DNA of 64,000 nucleotides from Haplodiscus bocki (Eukaryota): NCBI GenBank assembly GCA_965655095.1, contig OZ296649.1, positions 95,604,001 to 95,668,000 of the forward strand, read 5' to 3'. Shown piece by piece: positions 51,001 to 64,000 of this stretch (position 1 is its first letter; each line of letters starts with the position of its first letter). The notes under the pieces were generated by a model. It saw only the letters and a program-made list of their open reading frames with translations, ran no database searches and was not told where the DNA came from. The position numbers and the translations under genes were made by a program.

Positions 51001-54000
51001 TTATTCCTTTGATTTTCCTAGACTTGTATTTGACATTGATCCTGTTGAAACTTCCGCACATGGTAAATTGACCCTCTAAAAAACATGTTCAAAAGTAACT
51101 TATCCATCTCCCTTCTGGTTCTTCCACCCTACTTCACTGAAAATTCACCAACTACACACGTCGATAACCTCCTTGAGTTTTCCAGCGCAACTCACCAAAT
51201 CCAAATTAACTATCAATGATAGATGGAAAAGACTTTGAAAATGTCTTGATGTGCGCCTCAATCGAGTTGCTGATTGTAGCGCAACTGCGCCAGATGTTGA
51301 CAGTAAAAATGCACTGTAGGCCTATATATAAGAGCTGACGCAACAATATACACAAGATTACGATTATTTCTCTCATATAACAAACACACAGAACATTGCG
51401 GATAAAACGCTAACTCGAACAATTTTCATGACAACCAAGGAAAGCTAATATCAAAACTTAATTCTTTGATAATATGCTGTTAGCTGCAGCGACTGTCAAA
51501 ATCTTGTACGTGATTTTTTGGATTTTCCCTGGAAAAAGTTAACAGAACTGTCGAACCTCCTAAACCAAATGCCTTCCCAACAGCTTCCGATCAACGAGAA
51601 CCGTCAGGAAAAGTTCAAGTCAAAATTCAAGTAACAGCGTTTGATCAAGATAATTCTTGAGTTTTGGTATATTTGGTCCTTAAAAAACGTACTAACTCTG
51701 CTTTGAAGTGAACAAACTCCAGTTTTGACAAAGTAGCAGTGGGGGCCTAAAGTGACCTTTTTTACGGCACGATGTCTAGTAGTAGGAAAGAGAATTTGTT
51801 TCGATCTCATCGGAATGGCTTCGCGGTGGTTACAAAAGTGCTAACATTATCTTTCACCTTTCATGTAGAAACTACAAGTGGTCGAACACATTTGTTTGCT
51901 AAACAAAATGCTAGTGATAATACCCAAGCTAATCATATTGCATCAGAGCCTGATGGAAATGATAATTGGCTTTCAATACCAACACCAGTGGAAAAGACCC
52001 TCCAACTTGTTTTAAACCTTCATAAGTTCGAAGTAATATTCAACCAATATTCATCTCTGCACACGCAGCAGGCAGAATTCACTCGAATATATCAAAGGTT
52101 TTTTTGAACAAAATTTTGTGGACAAAGTATTCCTCCCCCGAGCATCACATGCCGTTCAAAAATTTTTTGACCGACGTGATACTTAGTATCTCCAATCTTT
52201 TGATGCTACTATTGATTCCGATGATACACTAGAATCGTATAGTTTTGTCAATAAAGATCGCTCACTAAGTTTCAGCTCTGCAAAACAGAATGAAGGAACT
52301 GAAAGTCTACAAAAACCGGACAGAGATTACCACTTTGTAAAGTGTGTTCAATTAACATTTTCTATGCTCATCCAATTCCAGTTTTTCAGCCAGAATTTAC
52401 GTATCAAACCTTCGTTTATTCCTTTGATTTTCCTAGACTTGTATTTGACATTGATCCTGTTGAAACTTCCGCACATGGTAAATTGACCCTCTAAAAAACA
52501 TGTTCAAAAGTAACTTATCCATCTCCCTTCTGGTTCTTCCACACTACTTCACTGAAAATTCACCAACCACACGTCGATAACCTCCTTGAGTTTTCCAGAG
52601 CAACTCACCAAATCCAAATCAACTATCAATGATAGATGAAAAAGACTTTGAAAAACGTCTTGATGTGCGCCTCAATCGAGTTGCTGATTGTAGCGCAACT
52701 CCGCCAGATGTTGCCAGTAAAAATGCACTGTAGGCCTATATATAAGAGCTGACGCAACAATATACACAAGATTACGATTATTTCTCTCATATAACAAACA
52801 CACAGAACATTGCGGATAAAACGCTAACTCAAACAATTTTCTTGACAACCAAAGAGAGCTGATATCAAAACTTAAATCTTTGATAATATGCTGTTAGCTG
52901 CAGCGACTGTCAAAATCTTGTACCTGATTTTTTGTATTTTCCCTAGAAAAAGTTAACAGAACTGTCGAACCTCCTAAACCAAATGCCTTCCCAACAGCTT
53001 CCGATCAACGAGAACCGTCAGGAAAAGTTCATGTCAAAGTTCAAGCAACTGCGTTTGATCAAGATAATTCTTGAGTTTTGGTATATTTGGTCCTTAAAAA
53101 ACGTACTAACTCTGCTTTGAAGTGAACAAACTCCAGTTTTGACAAAGTTGCATTGGGGGCCTAAAGTGACCTTTTTTACGGCACGATGTCTAGTAGTAGG
53201 AAAGAGAAGTTGTTTCGATCTCATCGGAGTGGCTTCGCGGTGGTTACAAAAGTGCTAACATTATCTTTCACCTTTCATGTAGAAACTAAAAGTGGTCGAA
53301 CACATTTGTTTGCTAAACAAAATGTTAGTGATAATAACCAAGCTAATCATATTGCATCAGAGCCTGATGGAATTGATAATTGGCTTTCAATACCAACACC
53401 AGTGGAAAAGACCCTCCAACTTGTTTTAAACCTTCATAAGTTCGAAGTAATATTCAACCAATATTCATCTCTGCACACGCAGCAGACAGAATTCACTCGA
53501 ATATAACAAAGGTTTTTTTGAACAAAATTTTGTGGACAAAGTATTCCTCCCCCGAGCATCACATGCCGTTCAAAAATTTTTTGACCGACGTGATACTTAG
53601 TATCTCCAATCTTTTGATGCTACTATTGATTCCGATGATACACTAGAATCGTATAGTTTTGTCAATAAAGATCGCTCACTAAGTTTCAGCTCTGCAAAAC
53701 AGAATGAAGGAACTGAAAGTCTACAAAAACCGGACAGAGATTACCACTTTGTAAAGTGTGTTCAATTAACATTTTCCTATGCTCATCCAATTCCAGTTTT
53801 TCAGCCAGAATTTACGTATCAAATCTTCGTTTATTCCTTTGATTTTCCTAGACTTGTATTTGACATTGATCCTGTTGAAACTTCCGCACATGGTAAATTG
53901 ACCCTCTAAAAAACATGTTCAAAAGTAACTTATCCATCTCCCTTCTGGTTCTTCCACCCTACTTCACTGAAAATTCACCAACTACACACGTCGATAACCT

Positions 54001-57000
54001 CCTTGAGTTTTCCAGCGCAACTCACCAAATCCAAATTAACTATCAATGATAGATGGAAAAGACTTTGAAAAACGTCTTGATGTGCGCCTCAATCGAGTTG
54101 CTGATTGTAGCGCAACTGCGCCAGATGTTGACAGTAAAAATGCACTGTAGGCCTATATATAAGAGCTGACGCAACAATATACACAAGGTTACGATTATTT
54201 CTCTCATATTACAAACACACAGAACATTGCGGATAAAACGCTAACTCGAACAATTTTCATGACAACCAAAGAAAGCTAATATCAAAACTTAAATCTTTGA
54301 TAATCTGCTGTTAGCTGCAGCGACTGTCAAAATCATTTACGTGATTTTTTGGATCTGCCCAAGAAAAAGTTAACAGAGCTGTTGAATCTCCTAAACCAAA
54401 TTCCTTTCCAACAGCTTCCGATCAACGAGAACCGTCAAGAAAAAATCAAGTCAAAGTTCAAGCAACTGCGTTTGATCAACATAAACATTGAGTTTTGGTA
54501 TATTTGGTCATTAAAAAATGTACTAAATTTGCTTTGAAGTGAACAAACTCCAGTTTTGACAAAATTGCATTGAACCTAAAGTAACCTTTTTCACGGCACG
54601 ATGTCTAGTAGTAGGAAACAGAAGTTATTTCGTTCTTATCGAAATGCCTTCGCGGTGGTTACAAAAGTGCCAAAATTATCTTTCACCTTTCATGTAGAAC
54701 CTAAAAGTGGTCGAACACATTTGCTTGGTACACAAAACGCTAGTGATACTAACCAAGCTAATCATTTTGCGTCAGACCCTGACGGAAACGATATTTGGCT
54801 GTCAATACCAACACCAGCGGAAAAGACTCTCCATCTTGTTTTAAACCTTCATAAGTTCGAAGTAATATTCAACCAATTTTTATCTCTGCACACGCAGAAG
54901 GCAGAAATCACCCGAATATGAAAAAAATTTTTTTGAACAAAATTTTGTGGACAAAGTATTCCTCCCCCGAGCATCAAATGCCGTTCAAAAATTTTTTGAC
55001 CGACGTAATACTTACTATCTCCAATCTTTTGATGCTACTATTGATTCCGATGATACACTAGAATCGTATAGTTTTGTCAATAAAGATCGCTCACTAAGTT
55101 TCAGCTCTGCAAACTAGAATGAAGGAACTGAAAGTCTACAAAAACTTGACAGAGATTACCACTTTGTAAAGTGTGTTCAATTAACATTTTTCTATGCTCA
55201 TCCAATTCCAGTTTTTCAGCTAGAATTTACGTATCAAACCTTCGTTTATTCCTTTGTTTTTCTTAGACTTATATTTGACTTTGATCCTGTTGAAACTTCC
55301 GCACATGGTAAATTGACCCTCTAAAAAACATGTTCAAAAATAACTTATCCATCTCCCTTCTGGTTCTTCCACCCTACTTCACTGAAATTTCACCAACTAT
55401 ACACGTCGATAACCTCCTTGAGTTTTCCAGAGCAACTCACCAAATCCAAATCAACTATCAATGATAGATGAAAAAGACTTTAAAAAACATCTTGATGTGC
55501 GCCTCAATCGAGTTGCTGATTGTAGCGCAGCTCCGCCAGATTATTGCCAGTAAAAATACACTGTAGGCCTATATATAAGAGCTGACGCAACAATATACAC
55601 AAGAATACGATTATTTCTATCGTAAAACAAACACACAAAACATTGCGGATAAAACGCTAGCTCGAACAATTTTCATGACAACCAAAGAAAGCTATTATCA
55701 AAACTTAAATCTTTGATAATCTGCTGTTAGCTGCAGCGACTGTCAAAATCTTGTACGTGATTTTTTGGATCTTCCCAAGAAAAAGTTAACAGAGGTGTTG
55801 AAAATCCTAAACCAAATTCCTTTCCAACAGCTTCCGATCAACGAGAACCGTCAAGAAAAGTTCAAGTCAAATTTCAAGCAACTGCATTTGATCAAGATAA
55901 ACATTGAGTTTTGGTATATTTGGTCAATAAAAAATGTACTAACTCTGCTTTGAAGTGAACAATCTCCAGTTTTGACAATGTTGCATTGGGGGCCAAAAGT
56001 AACCTTTTTTACGGCACGATGTCTAGTAGTAGGAAAGAGAAGTTGTTTCGATCTTATCGGAATGGCTTTGCGGTGGTTACAAAAGTGCCAAAATTATCTT
56101 TCACCTTTCATGAAGAACCTAAAAGTGGTCGAACACATTTGTTTGCTACACAAAACGCTAGTGATACTAACCAAGCTAATCATATTGCATCAGATTGTGA
56201 TGGAAATGATATTTGGCTGTCAATACCAACGCCAGTGGAAAAGACCCTCCAACTCGTTTTAAACCTTCATAAGTTCGAAGTAAATTTCAACCAATATTTA
56301 TCTCTGCACACGCAGAAGGCAGAATTCACCCGAATATAACAAAGTTTTTTTTTGAACAAAATTTTGTGGACAAAGTATGCCTCCCCCGAGCATCAAATGC
56401 CGTTCAAAAATTTTCTGACTGACATAATACTTAGTATCTCCAACCTTTCGATGCTACTTTTGATTTCGATGATACACTAGAATCGTATAGTTTCGTTAAT
56501 AAAAATCGCTGACTAAGTTTCAGCTCTCCAAAACAGACTGAAGGAACTGAAAGTCTACAAAAACCGAACTTAGATTACCACTTTGTAAAGTGTGTTGATT
56601 TCACAATTTTCTATGCTCACCCAATTCCAGTTTTTCAGCCAGAAATTACGTATCAAACCTTCAATTCTTCCTTTGTTTTTCCTAGACTTACATTTGACTT
56701 TGATCCTGTTGAAACTTCCGCACATGGTAAATTGACCCTCTATAAAACATGTTCAAATGAAACCTATCCATCTTCCTTCTGGTTCTTCCACCCTATTTCA
56801 CTAAAAATTCACCAACTACACACGTTGATAACCTCCTTGGGTTTTCCAGAGCAACTCACCAAATCCAAATCCACTATCAATGATAGATGAAAAAGACTTT
56901 AAAAAACGTCTTGTTGTGCGCCTCAATCGAGTTGCTGATTGTAGCGCAACTCCGCAAGATGTTGCCAGTAAAAGTGCACTGTAGGCCTATATATGAGAGC

Positions 57001-60000
57001 TGACGCAACAATATACACAAGATTACGATTATTTCTCTCATATAACAAACACACAAAACATTGCGGATAAATCGCTAACTCGAACAATTTTCATGACAAC
57101 AAAAGAAAGCTAATGTCAAAACTTAAATCTTTGATAAAATGCTGTTAGCTGCAGCGACTGTCAAAATCTTGTACCCAATTTTTCTGATCTTCCCAAGAAA
57201 AAGTTAACAGAGCTGTCGAACCTCCTAAACCAAATTCCTTTCCAACAGCTTCCGATCAACGAGAACCGTCAAGAAAATTTCAAGTCAAATTTCAAGCAAC
57301 TGCGTTTGATCAAGATAAATATTGAGTTTTGGTTTATTTGGTCAATAAAAAATGTACTAACTCTGCTTTGAAGTGAACAAACTCCAGTTTTGACAAAGTT
57401 GTATTGAACCTAAAGTAACCTTTTTTACGGCACAATGTCTAGTAGTAGGAAACAGAAGTTATTTCGTTCTTATCGAAATGGCTTCGCGGTGGTTACAAAA
57501 GTGCCAACATTATCTTTCACCTTTTTTTTACTCACAAAGTAAAAAAAGAGACAACACCCATTGTTTTCAATATCAATCTTTCATCTAGAACCTAAAAGTG
57601 GTCGAACACATTTGTTTGCTACAAAAAACGCTCGTGATAATAACCAAGCTAATCATTTTGCATCAGAGCCTGATGGAAATCATATTTGGTTTTCAATACC
57701 AACACCAGTGGAAAAGACCCTCCAACTCGTTTCAAACCTTCATAAGTTCGAAGTAAATTTCAACCAATAATTATCTCTGCACACGCAGAAGGCAGAAATC
57801 ACCCGAATAAAAAAATAGGTTTTTTGAACAAAATTTTGTGGACAAAGTATTCCTCCCCCGAACATCAAACGCCGTTCAAAAATTTTTTGACCGACATAAT
57901 ACTTAGTTTCTCCAATCTTTCGATGCTAGTATTGATTCCGATGATACACTAGAATCGTATAGTTTTGTTAATAAAAATCGCTCACTAAGTTTTAGCTCTC
58001 CAAAACAGACTGAAGGAACTGAAAGTCTACAAAAACCGGACATAGATTACCACTTTGTAAATTGTGTTGATTTCACAATTTTCTACGCTCATCCAAATCA
58101 AGTTTTTTTGCCAGAAATTACGTATCAAACCTTCTTATCTTCCTGTGTTTTTCCTAGAAATATATTTGACTTTGATCCTGTTGAAACTTCCGCACATGGT
58201 AAATTGACCCTCTATAAAACATGTTCAAATGTAACTTGTCAATCTTCCTTCTGGTTCTTCCACCCTACTTCACTAAACATTTACCAGCTACACACGTCGA
58301 TAACCTCCTTGGGTTTTCCAGAGCAACTTACCAAGTCCAAATCAACTATCAACGATAGATGAAAAAGACTTTAAAAACGTCTTGATGTGCGCCTCAATCG
58401 AGTTGCTGATTGTAGCGCAACTCCGCAAGATGTTGCCAGTAAAAGTGCACTGTAGGCCTATATATAAGAGCTGACGCAACAATATACACAAGATTACGAT
58501 TATTTCTCTCATATAACAAACACACAAAACATTGCGGATAAAACGCTAACTCGAACAATTTTCATGACAACAAAAGAAAGCTAATATCAAAACTTAAATC
58601 TTTGATAAAATGCTGTTAGCTGCAGCGACTGTCGAAATCTTGTACCCAATTTTTCTGATCTTCCCAAGAAAAGTTAACAGAGCTGTCGAACCTCCTAAAC
58701 CAAATTCCTTTCCAACAGCTTCCGATCAACGAGAACCGTCAAGAAAGTTTCAAGTCAAAGTTCAAGCAACTGCGTTTGATCAAGATAAATATTGAGTTTT
58801 GGTATATTTGGTCATTAAAAATAGTACTAACTCTGCTTTGAAGTGAACAAACTCCAGTTTTGACAGAGTTTTATTGAATCTAAAGTAACCTTTTTTACGG
58901 CACGATGTCTAGTAGTAGGAAACAGAAGTTATTTCGTTCTTATCGAAATGGCTTCGGGGTGGTTACAAAAGTGCCAACATTATCTTTCACCTTTCATCTA
59001 GAACCTAAAAGTGGTCGAACACATTTGTTTGCTACACAAAACGCTAGTGATACTAACCAAGCTAATCATATTTCATCAGAGCCTGATGGAAATGATACTT
59101 GGCTGTCAATAACAACACCAGTGGAATAGACCCTTCAACTCGTTTTAAAACTTCATAAGTTCGAAGTAAATTTCAACCAATAATTATCTCTGCACACGCA
59201 GAAGGCAGAATTCACGCGAATATAAAAAAGGTTTCTTGAACAAAATCTTGTGGACAAAGTATTCCTCCCACGAACATCACATGCCGTTCAAAAATTTTTT
59301 GACCGACGTAATACTTAGTATCTCCAACTTTTTGATGCTACTATTGATTCCGATGATACACTAGAATCGTATAGTTTTGTTAATAAAAATCGCTCACTAA
59401 GTTTCAGCTCTCCAAAACAGACTGAAGGAACTGAAAGTCTACAAAAACCGCACATAGATTACCACTTTGTAAAGTGTGTTGATTTCACAATTTTCTACGC
59501 TCATCCAAATCCAGTTTTGCAGCCAGAAATTACGTATCAAACCTTCATTTCTTCCTGTGTTTCTCCTAGAAATAGATTTGACTTTGATCCTGTTGAAACT
59601 TCCGCACATGGTAAATCGACCCTCTATAAAACATGTTCAAACGTAACTTATCCATCTTCCTACTGGTTCTTCCCCCCTACTTCACTAAACAATTACCAGC
59701 TACACACGTCGATAACCTCCTTTTGTTTTTCAGAGCAACTCACCAAATCCAAATCAACTATCAATGATAGATGAAACAGACTGTAAAAAACGTCTTGATG
59801 TGCGCCTCAATCGAGTTGCTGATTGTAGCGCAACTCCGCAAGATGTTGCCAGTAAAAATGCACTGTAGGCCTATATATAAGAGCTGAGGAAACAATAGAC
59901 ACAAGATTACGATTATTTCTCTCATATAACAAACACACAAAACATTGCGGATAAGACGATAACTCGAACAATTTTCATGACAACCAAAGAAAGCTAATAT

Positions 60001-63000
60001 CAAAACCTAAATCTTTGATAATATGCTGTTAGCTGCAGCGACTGTCGAAATCTTGTACCCAATTTTTCTGATCTTCCCAAGAAAAGTTAACAGAGCTGTC
60101 GAACCTCCTAAACCAAATTCCTTTCCAACAGCTTCCGATCAACGAGAACCGTCAAGAAAATTTCAAGTCAAAGTTCAAGCAACTGCGTTTGATCAAGATA
60201 AATATTGAGTTTTGGTATATTTGGTCATTAAAAATAGTACTAACTCTGCTTTGAAGTGAACAAACTCCAGTTTTGACAGAGTTTTATTGAACCTAAAGTA
60301 ACCTTTTTTACGGCACGATGTCTAGTAGTAGGAAACAGAAGTTATTTCGTTCTTATCGAAATGGCTTCGGGGTGGTTACAAAAGTGCCAACATTATCTTT
60401 CACCTTTCATCTAGAACCTAAAAGTGGTCGAACACATTTGTTTGCTACACAAAACGCTAGTGATACTAACCAAGCTAATCATATTTCATCAGAGCCTGAT
60501 GGAAATGATACTTGGCTGTCAATAACAACACCAGTGGAATAGACCCTTCAACTCGTTTTAAAACTTCATAAGTTCGAAGTAAATTTCAACCAATAATTAT
60601 CTCTGCACACGCAGAAGGCAGAATTCACGCGAATATAAAAAAGGTTTCTTGAACAAAATCTTGTGGACAAAGTATTCCTCCCACGAACATCACATGCCGT
60701 TCAAAAATTTTTTGACCGACGTAATACTTAGTATCTCCAACTTTTTGATGCTACTATTGATTCCGATGATACACTAGAATCGTATAGTTTTGTTAATAAA
60801 AATCGCTCACTAAGTTTCAGCTCTCCAAAACAGACTGAAGGAACTGAAAGTCTACAAAAACCGCACATAGATTACCACTTTGTAAAGTGTGTTGATTTCA
60901 CAATTTTCTACGCTCATCCAAATCCAGTTTTGCAGCCAGAAATTACGTATCAAACCTTCATTTCTTCCTGTGTTTCTCCTAGAAATAGATTTGACTTTGA
61001 TCCTGTTGAAACTTCCGCACATGGTAAATCGACCCTCTATAAAACATGTTCAAACGTAACTTATCCATCTTCCTACTGGTTCTTCCCCCCTACTTCACTA
61101 AACAATTACCAGCTACACACGTCGATAACCTCCTTTTGTTTTTCAGAGCAACTCACCAAATCCAAATCAACTATCAATGATAGATGAAAAAGACTTTAAA
61201 AAACGTCTTGAGGTGCGCCTCAATCGAGTTGCTGATTGTAGCGCAACACCGCAAGATGTTGCCAGTAAAAATGCACTGTAGGCCTTTATATAAGAGCTGA
61301 CGCAACAATATACACAAGATTACGATTATTTCTCTCTTATAACAAACACACAAAACTTTGCGTTCAAAACGCTAACTCGAACAATTTTCATGACAACCAA
61401 AGAAAGCTAATATCAAAACTTAAATCTTTGATAATATGCTGTTAACTGCAGCGACTGTCAAAATCTTGTACGCAGTTTTTCTGATCTTCCCAAGAAAAAA
61501 TTAACAGAGCTGTTGAACCTCCTAAACCAAATTCCTTTCCAACAGCTTCCGATCAACGAGAACCGTCAGGAAAAGTTCAAGTCAAAGTTCAAGCACTTGC
61601 GTTTGATCAAGATAATTATTGAGTTTTGGTTTATTTGGTCCTTAAAAAACGGACTAACTCTGCTTTGAAGTGAACAAACTCCAGTTTCGACAAAGTTGCT
61701 TTGGGGGCATAAAGTAACCTTTTTTACGGCACGATGTCTAGTAGTAGGAAAGAGAAGTTGTTTTGTTCTTATGGAAATGGCTTCGCGGTGGTTACAAAAG
61801 TGCCAACATTATCTTTCACCTTTCATGTAGAAACTAAAAACGGTCGAACACATTTGTTTGCTACATAAAACGCTATTGATACGAACCAAGCTAATCATAT
61901 TGCATCAGATCTTGATGGAAATGATACTTGGCTGTCAATAACAAAACCAGTGGAAAAGACCCTCCAACTTGTTTTAAACCTTCATATGTTCGAAGTAATA
62001 TTCAACCAATATTTATCTCTGCACACGCAGAAGGCAGAATTCACCCGAATATAAAAAATGTTTTCTTTTGAACAAAATTTTGTGGACAAAGTAATCCTCC
62101 CCGAGCATCAGATGCCGTTCAAAATTTTTTTGACCGACGTAATACTTAGTATCTCCAACGTTTTGATGCTACTATTGATTCCGATGATACACTAGAATCG
62201 TATAGTTTTGTTAATATAAATCGCTCACTAAGTTTCAGCTCTCCAAAACAGACTAAAGGAACTGAAAGTCTACAAAAACTGGACATAGATTACCACATTG
62301 TAAAGTGTGTTGATTTCACAATTTTCTATGCTCATCCAATTCCAGTTTTTCAGGCAGAAATTACGTATCAAACCTCCATTTCTTCCTTTGTTTTTCCTAG
62401 ACTTTTATTTGACTTTGATCCTAGTGAAACTTCCGCACATGGTAAATTGACCCTCTATAAAACATGTTCAAATGTAACTTATCCATCTTCCTTCTGGTTC
62501 TTCCACCCTACTTCACTAAAAATTTACCAACTACACACGTCGATAACCTCCTTTTGTTTTTGAGAGCAACTCACCAAATCCAAATCAACTATCAATGATA
62601 GATGAAAAAGACTTTAAAAAACGTCTTGATGTGCGCCTGAATCCAGTTGCTGATTGTAGCGCAACTCCGCCAGATGTTGCCAGTAAAAATGCACTGTAGG
62701 CCTATATAGAAGAGCTAACGCAACAATATACACAAGAATAAGATTATTTCTCTCATATAACAAACACACAGAACATTGCGGATAAATTGCTAACTCGAAC
62801 AATTTTCATGACAACCAAAGAAAGCTAATATCAAAACTTAAATCTTTGATAATATGCTGTTATCTGCAGCGACTGTCAAAATGTTGTACGTGATTTTTTG
62901 GATTTTCCCAAGAAAAAGCTAACAGAACTGTCGAACCTCCTAAACCAAATGCTTTCCCAACAGCTTCCGATCAACGAGAACCGTCAAGAAAATTTCAAGT

Positions 63001-64000
63001 CAAAATTCAAGCAACTGCGTTTGATCAAGATAATTATTGAGTTTTGGTATATTTGGTCATTAAAAAAGGTACTAACTCTGCTTTGAAGTGAACAAACTCC
63101 AGTTTCGACAAAGTTGCTTTGGGGGCATAAAGTAACCTTTTTTACGGCACGATGTCTAGTAGTAGGAAAGAGAAGTTGTTTCGTTCTTATGGAAATGGCT
63201 TCGCGGTGGTTACAAAAGTGCCAACATTATCTTTCACCTTTCATGTAGAACCTAAAAGTGGTCAAACACATTTGTTTGCTACACAAAACGCTAGTGATAC
63301 TAACCAAGCTAATCATATTTCATCAGAGCCTGATGGAAATGATACTTGGCTGTCAATAACAAAACCAGTGAAAAAACCCTCCAACTTGTTTTAAACCTTC
63401 ATATGTTCAAAGTAATATTCAACCAATATTTATCTCTGCACACGCAGGAGGCAGAATTCACCCGAATATAAAAAATGTTTTTTTTTGAACAAAATTTTGT
63501 GGACAAAGTAATCCTCCACCGAGCATCAAATGCCGTTCAAAAATATTTTGACCGACGTAATACTTAGTATCTCCAACTTTTTGATGCTACTATTGATTCC
63601 GATGATACACTAGAATCGTAGAGTTTTGTTAATAAAGATCGCTCACTAAGTTTCAGCTCTGCAAAACAGAATGAAGGAACTGAGAGTCTACAAAAACCGG
63701 ACATATATTACCACTTTGTAAAGTGTTTTGATTTCACAATTTTCTACGCTCATCCAATTCCATTTTTTCAGCCAGAAATTACGTATCAAACCTTCATTTC
63801 TTCCTCTGTTTTTCCTAGACATATATTTGATTTTGATCCTGTTGAAACTTCCGCACATGGTAAATTGACCCTCTATAAAACATGTTCAAATGTAACTTAT
63901 CCATCTTCCTGCTGGTTCTTCGACCCTACTTCACTAAAAATTCACCAACTACACACGTCGATAACCTCCTTGGGTTTTCCAGAGCAACTCACCAAATCCA
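16599..64000. repeat. Head-to-tail macrosatellite: 32 full units (18 long ~1471 bp, 14 short ~1413-1419 bp), one 592-bp truncated unit, one partial unit at the window edge
   Basis: The marker ATGTCTAGTAG(TAG)GAAA recurs 32 times (17655, 19126, 20598, 22069, 23542, 24955 ... 61734, 63152; ACG variant in two copies). The unit start TTCCTCCCCCGA is at ~16599, then ~18070. The array continues past the window end. Confidence 0.98.
34195..34786. repeat. Internally deleted array unit (592 bp)
   Basis: The sequence jumps from ...GAGTTGCTGATTTTAGC directly to CAAAATTTTGTGGAC, with TTAGC-TTAGC at 34755-34764. Marker spacing 33778 to 35841 = 1471+592. Confidence 0.92.

Noticed and set aside
17655-63394. 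Repeated MSSSRKQKLFRSY... ORFs (74-151 aa) as a tandem gene family
   Set aside because: Stops and frameshifts fall at different positions among copies, and some copies lose the ATG. They are better explained as fragments of a decayed source ORF.
16599-64000. Array as a CRISPR locus, an rDNA/5S/histone/snRNA repeat, or a cassette system
   Set aside because: There is no short repeat with unique spacers, no recognisable RNA-gene or histone sequence, and no variable cassette. Units are homologous along their whole length.

Overview
Eukaryotic, AT-rich, repeat-only DNA (probably an invertebrate; inference) with no intact host gene. It has three parts. (1) 1-~900: a heavily decayed plus-strand Ty3/gypsy integrase remnant. 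(2) 1839-15728: a ~13.9-kb minus-strand Ty3/gypsy LTR element, now pseudogenised. It has a tRNA-Leu PBS, gag, PR-RT-RNaseH-INT and a class I/F-like env. It also carries unusual cargo that I reconstructed by hand across stops and frameshifts: a TARG1/OARD1-type macrodomain inside pol between RNase H and integrase, a post-env ORF with a coiled coil plus a DnaJ-like J-domain, a further SGNH-fold-like ORF with a basic tail, and a possible ORF upstream of gag. Candidate splice acceptors precede env and both 3' ORFs, giving a complex-retrovirus-like layout. (3) 16599-64000: a tandem array of 32 full ~1.41/1.47-kb units, one truncated unit and one partial unit at the window edge. The unit appears to derive from a second, different (class III/gB-like) env gene, plausibly belonging to the older plus-strand element. 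All protein-family calls are by-eye motif matches; no searches were run.
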